A stretch of 64,000 nucleotides of DNA, taken from the NCBI GenBank assembly GCA_964652955.1, contig CAZZCF010000001.1, positions 12,555 through 76,554 on the forward strand, written 5' to 3'. Of this stretch, positions 1 to 10,037 are shown one piece after another. Below the pieces are notes generated by a model. The model saw only the letters and a list, made by a program, of their open reading frames with translations, was not told where the DNA came from and did no database searches. The translations under genes were made by a program, and so were the position numbers. The stretch comes from an uncultured Leptospirales bacterium (GTDB lineage Bacteria; Spirochaetota; UBA4802; JAKQUI01). Each line of letters opens with the position of its first letter. Position 1 is the stretch's first letter.

Positions 1-314
1 ACGAATTATTTGTGTTCCTGATGAGCAGGTCGTATATCATCCTGACCGATAGCGGTGGCATTCAGGAAGAGGCGCCGAGCCTGGGGAAACCGGTACTGGT
101 GATGCGTGATACAACGGAAAGACCTGAGGCGCTCGAAGCCGGTACGGTGAAGCTGGTCGGGACCGACAGGGATGCCATAATCGAAGGGGTTGAGCGGTTG
201 CTTTTTGATAATGATGCCTATAACGATATGGTGAATTTAAAAAATCCCTACGGCGATGGGAAGGCGAGTGAGAGGATACTCGATTTTTTGAAGAAAAATT
301 TTAATGCCATTTGA
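1..314 (+). CDS. wecB: UDP-N-acetylglucosamine 2-epimerase, C-terminal fragment (5' end lies outside window)
   Basis: Translation '[36 protein letters not shown]...' matches the conserved C-terminal region of non-hydrolysing UDP-GlcNAc 2-epimerases; the reading frame is open to base 1. Confidence 0.8.
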   Translation, partial: ELFVFLMSRSYIILTDSGGIQEEAPSLGKPVLVMRDTTERPEALEAGTVKLVGTDRDAIIEGVERLLFDNDAYNDMVNLKNPYGDGKASERILDFLKKNFNAI

Positions 315-458
315 AATGCTCTCTCCTCTGCAGCATTGAGTTTGTTGACAAAAAACCTGTCATTTTATAATAAATAGCGATCGATTCGCTTCCTGTGCCT
401 GTCTGCAACAGGCAGATCGGGCAGGCGCTCGCGATGACATTGCGTTTGAGGGCCCCAT

Positions 459-1748
459 TTGCTGAAAAAGATACGCGAAATACTCGTCACCGATGATATT
501 CGTCCCATCGCCGAGAATGTCATCTCCCTCTCGCTCCTGCAGGCGGCCAACTACCTGCTGCCCCTGATCCTCCTTCCCTACCTGGTCAGGGTGCTCGAGC
601 CGGAGAAGTACGGCCTCGTGATGTTCGCGCTGGCCTTTATACAGTACTTCGTCATCCTCACCGATTACGGTTTCAACCTCTCGGCGACCAGGGCTATTTC
701 GGCTCACCGCGACAACCCTGACAGGGTATCCGAGATTTTCTCCGCGGTAATCATTATAAAGCTCCTCATTCTCCTCTGTTCATTTCTCCTGATGGCGATT
801 ATCGTCTCCCTCTTCGATACTTTCTCTCGGGAGATGGCGATATACTATCTGGCCTTCGGGATTGTCATCGGCAATATGCTCTTTCCGGTCTGGTTCTTTC
901 AGGGAATGGAGAAGATGCGCTATATTACGATACTCACCGTTCTGGCGAAGGGTATCTTCACCCTCTGCATCTTTGTGTTCGTCAAGGAGGTGGAGGATTA
1001 TCCCCTTGTTCCCCTCTTCTATTCTCTCGGCTTCATCGTTTCAGGCGCCCTCGCATTCCGGATTGCGATGAAGCGGTACGGCGTAACGCTGCGGCTGCCC
1101 TCCCTGCAGGCAGTGCGGGCGCAGCTCGGGGAGGGGTGGCATATCTTCATCTCCACCGTGGCGATAAATTCCTATCTTCTCTCCAATACCTTCCTCCTGG
1201 GGCTTTTCGAGAGCGATGCGGTGGTTGGATACTATGCAGCAGGAGAGAAGCTCGTGCGGTCGCTGACCTATCTCTTCCTGCCCCTCTTTCAGGCGCTCTA
1301 TCCCTACGTGTCGAGGAAAGCGGCTGATTCGCCGGAAGCGGTGACCAGTCTGCTGAAGAAGCTCATCCTGCTAGTTGCCGGTGTCGCATCGATTATCTTC
1401 ATCGGGATCTTTGCATTTTCGCCTGATATCGCATCTATCGTGCTGGGCGATCGGTTTCACGATTCAGTCGTTATCATACAAATTCTTTCGCCGCTCCTCG
1501 TCGTTATTCCCATCGCCTACGTTCTCTTCAACCTGGCGATGCTCTCCTTCGGCCTGGACCGGTACTATTCGAGGATTTACCTCTTCGGCGCCTTCTTCAA
1601 TCTTACCCTTATCGGCGTCTTCCTCGTTATTATGAAGTGGGGAGCAACCGGTGTCGCGCTTGCGAATCTCAGCAACGAGATTGTCATTACCGTGATAGCG
1701 GTGTTTATTCTGAAATGGAAAAGGAAAGAACTGCTTAATAAGAGTTGA
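459..1748 (+). CDS. Wzx-type polysaccharide/O-antigen flippase (MOP superfamily)
   Basis: 429-aa multi-TM protein with a TTG start; the N-terminal pattern 'LLQAANYLLPLILLPYLVRVLEPEKYGLV...' is typical of polysaccharide biosynthesis flippases. Confidence 0.8.
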   Translation: MLKKIREILVTDDIRPIAENVISLSLLQAANYLLPLILLPYLVRVLEPEKYGLVMFALAFIQYFVILTDYGFNLSATRAISAHRDNPDRVSEIFSAVIIIKLLILLCSFLLMAIIVSLFDTFSREMAIYYLAFGIVIGNMLFPVWFFQGMEKMRYITILTVLAKGIFTLCIFVFVKEVEDYPLVPLFYSLGFIVSGALAFRIAMKRYGVTLRLPSLQAVRAQLGEGWHIFISTVAINSYLLSNTFLLGLFESDAVVGYYAAGEKLVRSLTYLFLPLFQALYPYVSRKAADSPEAVTSLLKKLILLVAGVASIIFIGIFAFSPDIASIVLGDRFHDSVVIIQILSPLLVVIPIAYVLFNLAMLSFGLDRYYSRIYLFGAFFNLTLIGVFLVIMKWGATGVALANLSNEIVITVIAVFILKWKRKELLNKS

Positions 1749-1755
1749 TAGTGAG

Positions 1756-3069
1756 ATGACCGAACAGCGGAAGGCAAATCAATATACGTATCTGAACGGC
1801 ATACTCATCCTGGTAGGGCTCTACTATATCTATCCCCTCGCGGCGGCGATTCAGAATATACTCTTCGGGGTGATCTTCTTCAAGAGCGTGTACATCAAGT
1901 TCGCAATAGTGCTGTGCCTTATCCTTTTTCTGGCGCTGCACTGGAGGTCGCTGCACTGGAGGTCGATGCAGTGGCGGCTCGATTGGGTAGGCGGTGCATT
2001 TCTCGCGCTCATCGGTGTGAGCCTGCTGAGCTTCGCGTTCATGTTCCGGTACGATTATTCACTTCCGTACCGGCTCTTCTCGTACAACGTGCAGATGTTC
2101 TGGATTGTTCTTCTCTTCGTGCTCTACTTCTGCATCCGATTGGATGAGAAATCCTTCACCGCCATTCTCAACGTCGTAGCCATCGGGATCGCAATCTTTT
2201 TCATGGTCAATTTTATTCTCGCGCTCTTTCAGCATCTGTACAACAGCTCGATCATCCCGATTCGCTCCACCGACGGCTATTACCGCGTCTTTTCCTATTC
2301 CATGAGAGGGAAGCTCAAGGCCTTCGGCTTCATGCTCTCATGCCTGGATTTCGGGATACTGGCCGCTGCCGCGCTCTTTATCTCCCTCTCCCAAATAATG
2401 CGGCGCCACCGGCAGTGGCCCCTCTGGCTCGTGATAGTAATCTGCTCCATCATCGGAGTCTATATCTCCTACACGCGGGTCGCCTATCTGATTGCCTTCT
2501 TCGGGATATTCCTCGTCGCGGCGGTGCGATGGTATTCGCTGATGAAGCTGCTGCCTCCCCTCTCCTTCGCGGCGGGTCTGGTTATAACCCTCTGGCCCCG
2601 CGCGCTGATGACATTCTTCGACCTCTTCTTCGATGTGGATAAGAACCCCCTCTTCCACTTCAGGGCCATGCTGGTCAGGCACCGGAACTGGAAAAAGATG
2701 ATTGCGGAGCTCAAGGATGGCAGCATTATGGATATTCTCTTCGGCAGCGGCATGACCGACAACAGCCGCTTCCTGGAGATCACAAAGAGCAAGCTGATTG
2801 ACAATCTCTACCTGTCGGTTACGCTCTACAACGGGATTATCGTTTTATCGCTTTTTATTTTTCTCTATCTGCTGATCTATTACCGGGGGATAAAGCTGAT
2901 TAACGATGAGATGGACAGTGGGGGCGAGCCCCACCCCGCACTGGTCGCCGGCTTTTCTTTGATGGTTGTCCTGGCGGGGGTTTCCTTCTTTAACAACTTT
3001 GTCCCCTATATATACGTGCATATGCTTATTCCTCTGTTGTATTTAACCGTGAGAAGTGATGAGAGATAA
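1756..3069 (+). CDS. Wzy-like polytopic membrane protein (putative O-antigen/EPS polymerase)
   Basis: 437 aa with at least 10 predicted TM helices and no soluble domain, lying between the flippase and the glycosyltransferases. Family assignment rests on position and topology. Confidence 0.5.
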   Translation: MTEQRKANQYTYLNGILILVGLYYIYPLAAAIQNILFGVIFFKSVYIKFAIVLCLILFLALHWRSLHWRSMQWRLDWVGGAFLALIGVSLLSFAFMFRYDYSLPYRLFSYNVQMFWIVLLFVLYFCIRLDEKSFTAILNVVAIGIAIFFMVNFILALFQHLYNSSIIPIRSTDGYYRVFSYSMRGKLKAFGFMLSCLDFGILAAAALFISLSQIMRRHRQWPLWLVIVICSIIGVYISYTRVAYLIAFFGIFLVAAVRWYSLMKLLPPLSFAAGLVITLWPRALMTFFDLFFDVDKNPLFHFRAMLVRHRNWKKMIAELKDGSIMDILFGSGMTDNSRFLEITKSKLIDNLYLSVTLYNGIIVLSLFIFLYLLIYYRGIKLINDEMDSGGEPHPALVAGFSLMVVLAGVSFFNNFVPYIYVHMLIPLLYLTVRSDER

Positions 3070-4243
3070 GATCTACGTCCTGGTCCTCAACTACAGAAGC
3101 TGGCAGGACACCGTCATCTGCCTCGAGAGCCTGCTGCGAAGCGATGATCCCGATTATCAGGTTGTCGTTATCGACAACAGCTCGGGTGACGGTTCAGCGG
3201 AATGCATTGTCAGATGGCTGGAGGGTGATCTGACGCCTCCCTTCGTGGAAAGCGATCCGCTCGGCTCTCTCTTCACGCCGCCGCTGAAGAAGAAGATACC
3301 CTTCATTCGGTATGCCGCTGAGGAGGCCGAAAATGGCGGCGATGAGAAGCGCGAGAAGGCGCTCGAGCGGCAGATGCGGGATCGATACGCAAAGGGTGAT
3401 GAGCGTGCAGTAAAAGGGCGGATTAAGAGAGGCGAGCATTCCCCGGGATTGAACAGCGTGAATGTATATAACAAAAGTGGGCCGCCTGAAACAGCGCCAA
3501 CCTCCCGGCATCCGGTTATTCTCATTCAGTCGGATTCGAATCGAGGCTATGCGGGTGGGAACAATATCGGCATCAGGTATGCCCTTAAAAAAGGGGATTT
3601 CTCCGCGCTGTGGGTTCTGAACAACGATACGGTTGTCGAAGCCGATTCGCTTCGCCTCCTCCGTGAGCGGGCGGCGCAGCTTCGCAGCTCGAACAGAAGG
3701 GTCGGAATCATCGGCTCAAAGGTCCTCTATTACGACAGCCCGGATATCATTCAATCGGTCGGCGGCAGGTACAACAGATGGCTCGCCGTTCCCAGACACA
3801 TCGGCGAGGGCGAGCCGGACAGGGGGCAGTACGATGATACCGCGCATCATATCGACTACGTGCCCGGCGTCGCTATGCTCCTTCTCGGGGAATTCATCGA
3901 TGAAGTCGGCATCATGAACGAGGAGTACTTCCTCTTCTTCGAGGAGCTCGACCTGGCGGCGCGCGGCGCGCGGCGGGGCTGGGGGCTGGACATCTGCACC
4001 GGGAGCAGGGTGTATCACAAGGAGGGCCGGTCAACGGGATCGAATGTCAATCCGAAGAGGAGAAGCTATCTCTCCGAGTTCTATCAGCTGCGGAACAGGT
4101 CTGTTTTTACCGGGAACTACTATCGGCGGTATCTCCCCTCGGTGTATTTCGGCTATCTCCTGAGCCTCCTCAACGGGATGATGCGGGGGCAGTTTTACCG
4201 GTTCAGGATCATCTACGATATCATTCGGGGTGCGAGGCCGTGA
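3056..4243 (+). CDS. Family 2 glycosyltransferase (rhamnosyltransferase-like)
   Basis: N-terminal 'YVLVLNYRSWQDTVICLESLL...VVVIDNSSGDGS' and a 'VLNNDTVV' DxD-like motif typical of GT2. Start is GTG 3056 or ATG 3059, overlapping the upstream stop. Confidence 0.8.
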   Translation: MMRDKIYVLVLNYRSWQDTVICLESLLRSDDPDYQVVVIDNSSGDGSAECIVRWLEGDLTPPFVESDPLGSLFTPPLKKKIPFIRYAAEEAENGGDEKREKALERQMRDRYAKGDERAVKGRIKRGEHSPGLNSVNVYNKSGPPETAPTSRHPVILIQSDSNRGYAGGNNIGIRYALKKGDFSALWVLNNDTVVEADSLRLLRERAAQLRSSNRRVGIIGSKVLYYDSPDIIQSVGGRYNRWLAVPRHIGEGEPDRGQYDDTAHHIDYVPGVAMLLLGEFIDEVGIMNEEYFLFFEELDLAARGARRGWGLDICTGSRVYHKEGRSTGSNVNPKRRSYLSEFYQLRNRSVFTGNYYRRYLPSVYFGYLLSLLNGMMRGQFYRFRIIYDIIRGARP

Positions 4244-5316
4244 AGGTTGCCCTGATGACAGGTGATTATCCGGGGATTATCTCGGGTATCAGCGATTACA
4301 GCTTCCGCCTGAAGGAACAGCTCGAAAAGCTGGGGGATGAAGTGTTTGTGATAACATCGCTTGATGAGCGGGTGACAGATGAAGGAGTTGCATTGAGGAT
4401 TGCGTGGAATTTGAGGGGCTTTCGGGAGATCGGGAGATTTCTCAATGAGAATGGAATACGGGTGCTGAACATTCAGTATCCCTGTTCGCTGTACGGGAAA
4501 TATAATCTCTTTCCCCATCTCTACGCCGTGCTGCTGCGCCTCTCCGGCATGAAGATTGTCACCACGCTTCACGAGTTTTCGAACATCAACCTTCTCAGGC
4601 GTCTCTCGGAATATCTCTTCGTTATCTTTTCACAGCGTATTATCGTGACGAATGATCGTGATCGGGAAGCGATACTGAGGCGGATTCCCTTCAGCGGCGG
4701 GAAGATGTCGATTGTTCCCATCGGCTCGAACATCGGGGGCGTAAACGAGGGCCCTCGCTTCGATTCACGGTATATTACCTCTTTCGGCATCTTCTATCCC
4801 CGCAAGGGGGCGGAGCGGGTCATCGACATAATGGAGGCGCTTGACAGGAGCTTCGAAAATAAATATATTTTCAAGTTCATCGGGGGAACACATCCCTACT
4901 ATCCCGACTATCTCGGGAGGTTCAGGAGGCTTGCCGAATCGAGGCTCAGCAGGACCGAGTGGCATCTCGATCTCCCGTTGAATGGGATAGGACCGCTCCT
5001 CGCCGACTCCTTTCTCAGTGTTATGTGTTTCAGAGATGGGGCCTCATTGCGGCGGGGGAGCCTCCTCGCGGCGATTGCCAATGGCATTCCGGTGATAAGC
5101 AATCGGGGCGCGGGGACCGATCTCCGTGAAATCGAGGAGAAGGGTTTGTTCTATGCGGATGCTGATCTGAGCAATTGCGCTGAAATAGTGCAAAAGCTTC
5201 AGCGCGAGGATTTTTATCATTCTGCTTTTAATTCGCTCATCAATTTCGCAAAGAGATTTGACTTTCGTGCAATAGCGCGGGAGTATCAGAAGAATTTCAG
5301 TTTGTTTGATGAGTAG
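4240..5316 (+). CDS. Family 4 (GT-B) glycosyltransferase
   Basis: 358 aa with a GTG start; C-terminal 'RRGSLLAAIANGIPVISNRGAGTDLRE' resembles the GT4 sugar-donor binding region. Confidence 0.7.
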   Translation: MKVALMTGDYPGIISGISDYSFRLKEQLEKLGDEVFVITSLDERVTDEGVALRIAWNLRGFREIGRFLNENGIRVLNIQYPCSLYGKYNLFPHLYAVLLRLSGMKIVTTLHEFSNINLLRRLSEYLFVIFSQRIIVTNDRDREAILRRIPFSGGKMSIVPIGSNIGGVNEGPRFDSRYITSFGIFYPRKGAERVIDIMEALDRSFENKYIFKFIGGTHPYYPDYLGRFRRLAESRLSRTEWHLDLPLNGIGPLLADSFLSVMCFRDGASLRRGSLLAAIANGIPVISNRGAGTDLREIEEKGLFYADADLSNCAEIVQKLQREDFYHSAFNSLINFAKRFDFRAIAREYQKNFSLFDE

Positions 5317-5919
5317 CTTTAATAGATGAGTGAATTAAGGAACCTTTGCAAAACTGAAGATATTTTTATCATTTACTAGAGAGTAGCCAATATTATGTTA
5401 AATCAGTTGATCTCGCAAAATTATTTCTTAAAAAGATTTTTAAAGGTAAACTTTGCAAAGTGTTTTAACCCTGTTATAGTTTCTTATCATTTTACCAGAA
5501 TTAAAAATGTTGTTTTTATAAGGGGGCTTCTAAAAACTATTAATATGATGTCCCCCTGGCCGGCGTTGTTTTGCACATCCTGTGCACGCTGGCATGCGCG
5601 ACGTCGTGTCGCTGTGTGCACAATGCCTGATAAAACCAGTATTTACAATTTATGGATCAATGTAAATACCGGTTTTTAGAGGTGCCCATAATTTAAGAAT
5701 AGATTAAAAAGACAGTATTATTTTGATGGACTTTTATACTATGAGAAAAAAGCGAGGAACGGACTCCGAGCGCCATCGGCTGCACCGAGGCCGCTCATTG
5801 CCCTCAATGGCATCGGGGCATTTCCGACATAGGGTAGAAAATTTAATATCCTCAGCGAGCAGGCGGCCAGGATGGACGCCGGAGCCGCTAGCACAGGATA
5901 TTATATTCATCGGGGGAGC

Positions 5920-7059
5920 ATGTTAATGGCTTATTCGACCGCACTGGTACACGACTGGCTGACGACTATCGCCGGCTCCGAGAAGGTGCTCGAGGAGATG
6001 TATCGCCTCTATCCCTCGCCGATCTATACCCTGCTGACGGATCGCGATGCGCTGGGTGACTCGCCCCTCGTCGGGGGTGATATATCAACCTCCTTTATTC
6101 AAAAACTTCCCTTTGCGCGGAGAAAATACCGCTCCTATCTTCCCCTCTTCCCGATGGCGATTGAGGGATTCGATCTCTCCGGTTACGATGTCATCCTCTC
6201 GAGCTCACATGCCGTCGCCAAGGGGGTTCTCAAGCGTTCGGATCAGCTGCATATCTGCTACTGCCATACGCCGATGCGGTATATATGGGATGCCGCACAT
6301 CAGTATATGCGCGATGCGAAGCTCCGGGGAGTGACCGGTTTCATTGCGCGATGGGTTCTTCACTATCTGCGCATCTGGGATGTCATCTCGTCGAACCGCG
6401 TCGACTACTATATCGCGAACTCGATATATGTTGCCAATCGGATACGGAGCATCTACCGTCGGGAGGCGAAGGTCATCTATCCGCCGGTGGATGTCGATTC
6501 CTTCGAGCTGTGCGAGAGGAAGGATGAATACTATCTCGCCGCTTCGCGGCTCGTTCCCTACAAGCGGATCGACATCGTCGTCGAGGCTTTCGCGGGCATG
6601 AAGAATCGGAGGCTCCTGGTTGTCGGCGACGGCCCCGATATGAAGCGAATCAAGAAAATTGCGGGTAAAAACAGGAACATCGAAATTCTCGGTTATCAGC
6701 CCGCAGAGAAGCTCGGTGAATATATGCAGCGGGCGCGCGCCTTCATATTCCCCGCTCTGGAGGATTTCGGCATCATGCCTGTCGAAGCGCAGGCCTGCGG
6801 CACGCCGGTGATTGCCCTGGGAAGGGGAGGCGCCGCCGAGTCGGTCATCAACGGAAAGACGGGGATACACTTTTATACTCAGGAACCCGATGCCGTTGTT
6901 GCTGCAATAGAGGACTTTGAGCGGGAGAAGCGCTCCTTTGACCCGAAGGCGCTCAGAGAGAATGCGCTGAGGTTCGGTGTGGAGCGGTTTCGCCGGAAAT
7001 ATAAAAATTATGTTGAAAAATGCATCTCGGAATTCTATAGAAACCGTAAAAAGCGATAA
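5920..7059 (+). CDS. Family 4 (GT-B) glycosyltransferase
   Basis: 'ALVHDWLTTIAGSEKVLEEM' N-terminus and the 'FIFPALEDFGIMPVEAQACGTPVIALGRGGAAESV' EX7E region are both GT4-typical. ATG at 5920 is chosen over 5872 because it sits 5 nt downstream of a GGGGGAG RBS. Confidence 0.85.
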   Translation: MLMAYSTALVHDWLTTIAGSEKVLEEMYRLYPSPIYTLLTDRDALGDSPLVGGDISTSFIQKLPFARRKYRSYLPLFPMAIEGFDLSGYDVILSSSHAVAKGVLKRSDQLHICYCHTPMRYIWDAAHQYMRDAKLRGVTGFIARWVLHYLRIWDVISSNRVDYYIANSIYVANRIRSIYRREAKVIYPPVDVDSFELCERKDEYYLAASRLVPYKRIDIVVEAFAGMKNRRLLVVGDGPDMKRIKKIAGKNRNIEILGYQPAEKLGEYMQRARAFIFPALEDFGIMPVEAQACGTPVIALGRGGAAESVINGKTGIHFYTQEPDAVVAAIEDFEREKRSFDPKALRENALRFGVERFRRKYKNYVEKCISEFYRNRKKR

Positions 7060-7061
7060 GT

Positions 7062-8486
7062 ATGCTGAAGCATCGAGCGAAAATATACCTCAAGAGCATC
7101 ATCAGGAAGATGCTATTCTTCTGCAGCGACATCTCGCTGCTGCTGTTATCATTCCTGATCGCCTATCAGGTCAGGGATATACTCTACGATGCCGGGCTGC
7201 TGATCATTCCCAATCCGCCGGTGCAGTACTTTTATCCCTACTGGTATCTTCTCCTCTTTCATATACTCTTTCTCTTCGTGTTTGATCTCTACCGCCTCCG
7301 CTTCCCCTACTGGCTCGAGGTGAAGAAAACCGTAAAGGCGATTGCGGCGGGAACCGTCTCGATATTTTTCATGCTCGCCCTTTTGAAGATATCACAGGAG
7401 GTGTCGAGATTTATCATCCTCTTCATCGGGCTCTTTGCCGCGCTGGCCATACCGGTTCTCCGGGCGCTGGTGAAATTTCTCCTCTTCAGGTTGAACCTGT
7501 GGCAGGCTGATGTCCTCGTCATTGCGAATCCCGACGCTGACTTCGACTCCTTCTATGAACGCCTTAACGAGAACTGGTATGTGGGATACCGGCCGGCCCT
7601 TCTCATCGATGTTTCCTCCATGGAGCGGACCGCTCTGTCCGAGGCGCTTTCCCATGTGCAGCTTGAACATATGATACGTGAGAACAATATCGTCCTGCCG
7701 ATACTCTACAAGCTGGATAAGAATGAGTTCTACGATATCTTCATCAGGATGGATATATATTTCGAGGATATCAAGCTGATTCCCGATCTGCACTCCCTCT
7801 TCGTAAACAACGTTCGTGTCGAAAACGACGGCAGCACTATCTATATCAACTTCGAAAACAATCTCCTGCGCTACAACAATCGGCTGCTCCAGTATCTCTT
7901 CAACAAGATTGCGAGCATTCTCATCTTCCTGTTCCTCCTGCCCCTTTTTGTGCTCCTCGGGGTGCTGATCAAGCTCGATTCCCGCGGTCCGGTACTGTAT
8001 CGAGCGCGGCGTATCGGCGCTGATAAAGCAGACTTCGATGTCTTTAAGTTCCGGACCATGTTCCGGGACGCAGACAGGAAGCTCCACGATATACTCGAAT
8101 CCGATCCGGCGCTCAGAAGGGAGTTCGAGCGGAGCTTCAAGCTCAGGAACGACCCCCGGATAACCCGTGTCGGCAGGTTCCTCAGAAAGACCTCCCTCGA
8201 TGAGCTCCCGCAGATCTTCAACGTGCTCCGCGGCGAGATGAACCTGGTCGGCCCCCGGCCCATCGTTCACGAGGAGATCGAGAAGTACGGAAATGCCTTC
8301 GATGAGCTCATGAAGGTAAAGCCGGGCGTAACCGGCCTCTGGCAGGTGAGCGGCCGGAGCGATGTCGACTACGAGAAGCGGGTGCAGCTTGACCTCTTCT
8401 ACATCAAGAACTGGTCTCTCTGGATGGATATTACGATTCTGATGAGGACCGTTCTCGTTGTCCTCGGGGGGAGGGGGGCCTATTGA
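7062..8486 (+). CDS. Undecaprenyl-phosphate sugar phosphotransferase (WbaP/WcaJ family, bacterial sugar transferase domain)
   Basis: C-terminal '[11 protein letters not shown]...[21 protein letters not shown]' is the hallmark of polyprenyl glycosyl-phosphotransferases; N-terminal TM block precedes it. Confidence 0.9.
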   Translation: MLKHRAKIYLKSIIRKMLFFCSDISLLLLSFLIAYQVRDILYDAGLLIIPNPPVQYFYPYWYLLLFHILFLFVFDLYRLRFPYWLEVKKTVKAIAAGTVSIFFMLALLKISQEVSRFIILFIGLFAALAIPVLRALVKFLLFRLNLWQADVLVIANPDADFDSFYERLNENWYVGYRPALLIDVSSMERTALSEALSHVQLEHMIRENNIVLPILYKLDKNEFYDIFIRMDIYFEDIKLIPDLHSLFVNNVRVENDGSTIYINFENNLLRYNNRLLQYLFNKIASILIFLFLLPLFVLLGVLIKLDSRGPVLYRARRIGADKADFDVFKFRTMFRDADRKLHDILESDPALRREFERSFKLRNDPRITRVGRFLRKTSLDELPQIFNVLRGEMNLVGPRPIVHEEIEKYGNAFDELMKVKPGVTGLWQVSGRSDVDYEKRVQLDLFYIKNWSLWMDITILMRTVLVVLGGRGAY

Positions 8487-9796
8487 ATACGACCGGTCAT
8501 TCATGGGCGTACCGGTGGTCCTTTTACTCACTCTGCCTCTTTCTCCTCTTCTCCGGGATATCAATATCGGTTTCGCAGGGCGCCCTGATCCTTGCAATAC
8601 TCCTGTGGCTGCTGGGAAGGGTTTTGAAATATGATGATACTGTCTATTATCGGAGCGGCCTGGAACGCTATGTTCTCCCCTTCTATGTTATCTCCTTTCT
8701 GCTCGCCTTCATATCTTCACCCGCAATTAAGGGGAATCTGCTCTATTTGAAGGATACTGGGCTTGCAGTTCTCTGCTTTCTGGTTCCTTCGATGCTGCGG
8801 CGGAGAGAGGAGATGTCGAGAATAGTAAAGATTATTATCTTCATCGCTCTCTTCAATTCGGTTGTCGGCATCGCGCAGTATCTTACCGATATCGACTTCA
8901 TGAATGCATTCAGATACGGACTTTCCGACAAGAGAGCTTACCTGAGCTACGGGAATCGCCATGTCGTCGGTTTCCTCGGACATCATCTGACCTATGGCGG
9001 TTATATGATGATGATAGCAATACCCTTCATCTATCTGAGCTTTGTGAAGGAGGGTGAGAAGAAGGAACGGCTTTTCATAAAGGTTTCGGCCCTCCTCTCA
9101 GCCCTGTCAGTTATTCTCAGCTGGGCGCGCTCGGTTATTGTCTCCCTTCCCTTTGGAATTCTCCCGCTTCTGTTCAGAAAGAAGAAGGTTTTTTTCGCGC
9201 TCTTTTTCTCTCTGATATTGGTTGTCATCACCATCTTCACGCATTTCGGCCCCGAGGAGGGAATTGTAAAGAATTTTCAGGATCACAGCACACAACTTCG
9301 TGTTGTCATGTGGGAAGCTGCTTTCAGGACCTGGCTGAAGCATCCCTTCTTCGGCACCGGCGGAGGGAACTATCTTGAGAAGTTCAGAAAAGAGGTGGGG
9401 CCCATTTCGAGCAGGCCCGAGCAGCGAAAGCTGATGATAAAATCGAAACATTACAAGTGGGGGCTTCGAATGCTGGTGAGAAAGGGTTCGCATCCCCACA
9501 ACGACTATCTCAATCAGCTGGCGCGGAAGGGTATTATCGGATTTCTCGCGTACCTCTATATGCTCTTCGGAATCTTCAGGTATATGAGTGCAGGCGTGAA
9601 GGATATTGAGGACAGATTCTACCGGCATCTCGCCATGGGGCTCTTCGGCGCCTACTGCACATTTCTCGCCGCGTCGATGTTCCAGTGCTACTTCACCGAT
9701 GAGGAGAACCTCGCCATGTTCTGGTTCACCGTCGGGCTTTTCGCTGCCGTCGTCAGGGTGGTGAATGCGGAGAAGGTTAAGCAGAATTCTGATTGA
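8483..9796 (+). CDS. O-antigen ligase (Wzy_C) domain membrane protein
   Basis: Polytopic protein containing 'SHPHNDYLNQLARKGIIG', the conserved H-N-x-Y-L motif loop of the WaaL/O-antigen-ligase family. TTG start overlaps the upstream stop as TTGA. Confidence 0.75.
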   Translation: MNTTGHSWAYRWSFYSLCLFLLFSGISISVSQGALILAILLWLLGRVLKYDDTVYYRSGLERYVLPFYVISFLLAFISSPAIKGNLLYLKDTGLAVLCFLVPSMLRRREEMSRIVKIIIFIALFNSVVGIAQYLTDIDFMNAFRYGLSDKRAYLSYGNRHVVGFLGHHLTYGGYMMMIAIPFIYLSFVKEGEKKERLFIKVSALLSALSVILSWARSVIVSLPFGILPLLFRKKKVFFALFFSLILVVITIFTHFGPEEGIVKNFQDHSTQLRVVMWEAAFRTWLKHPFFGTGGGNYLEKFRKEVGPISSRPEQRKLMIKSKHYKWGLRMLVRKGSHPHNDYLNQLARKGIIGFLAYLYMLFGIFRYMSAGVKDIEDRFYRHLAMGLFGAYCTFLAASMFQCYFTDEENLAMFWFTVGLFAAVVRVVNAEKVKQNSD

Positions 9797-9834
9797 TCAA
9801 TTCATTTTATAGCAGTGTGAAGCCCTGTTGTTAT

Positions 9835-9926
9835 GTCATTGCGAGCGCAGCGAAGCAATCTTTGTTCATTTAAAAGAGGTTTTTAATAAATATAGATTGC
9901 TTCGTCGCGGTGCTCCTCGCAATGAC
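9835..9926. repeat. Imperfect inverted repeat: GTCATTGCGAGCGCAGCGAAGCAATC ... GATTGCTTCG..CTCGCAATGAC
   Basis: Read directly from the sequence; the two arms are reverse complements with an internal indel, separated by an AT-rich spacer of about 35 nt. Confidence 0.7.
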
Positions 9927-9983
9927 AATGTGTGAAAAAATGTTAATAGCCACTGATAGCTTATAGCCGATCACCCTTCAGGC

Positions 9984-10029
9984 TCTCAATGACATGGCGC
10001 GCTCGCGTCCTCGAGGGGCTCGCAATGAC
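9984..10029. repeat. Two further copies of the CTC(G/T)CAATGAC motif around a CCTCGAGG palindrome
   Basis: CTCTCAATGAC at 9984 and CTCGCAATGAC at 10019, the reverse complement of the GTCATTGCGAG motif seen at 9835 and 10900. Confidence 0.6.
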
Positions 10030-10037
10030 GTTCCTTA

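Noticed and set aside
5395-5679. 94-aa ORF in the AT-rich spacer of the polysaccharide cluster
   Set aside because: Composition switches mid-ORF from AT-rich to GC-rich, there is no RBS and no recognisable domain. The region is more likely regulatory.
7392-8597. 401-aa minus-strand ORF antisense to the WbaP-family gene
   Set aside because: It lies completely inside a well-supported plus-strand gene. Its Glu/Pro/Gly-rich low-complexity translation is typical of antisense frames in GC-rich DNA.
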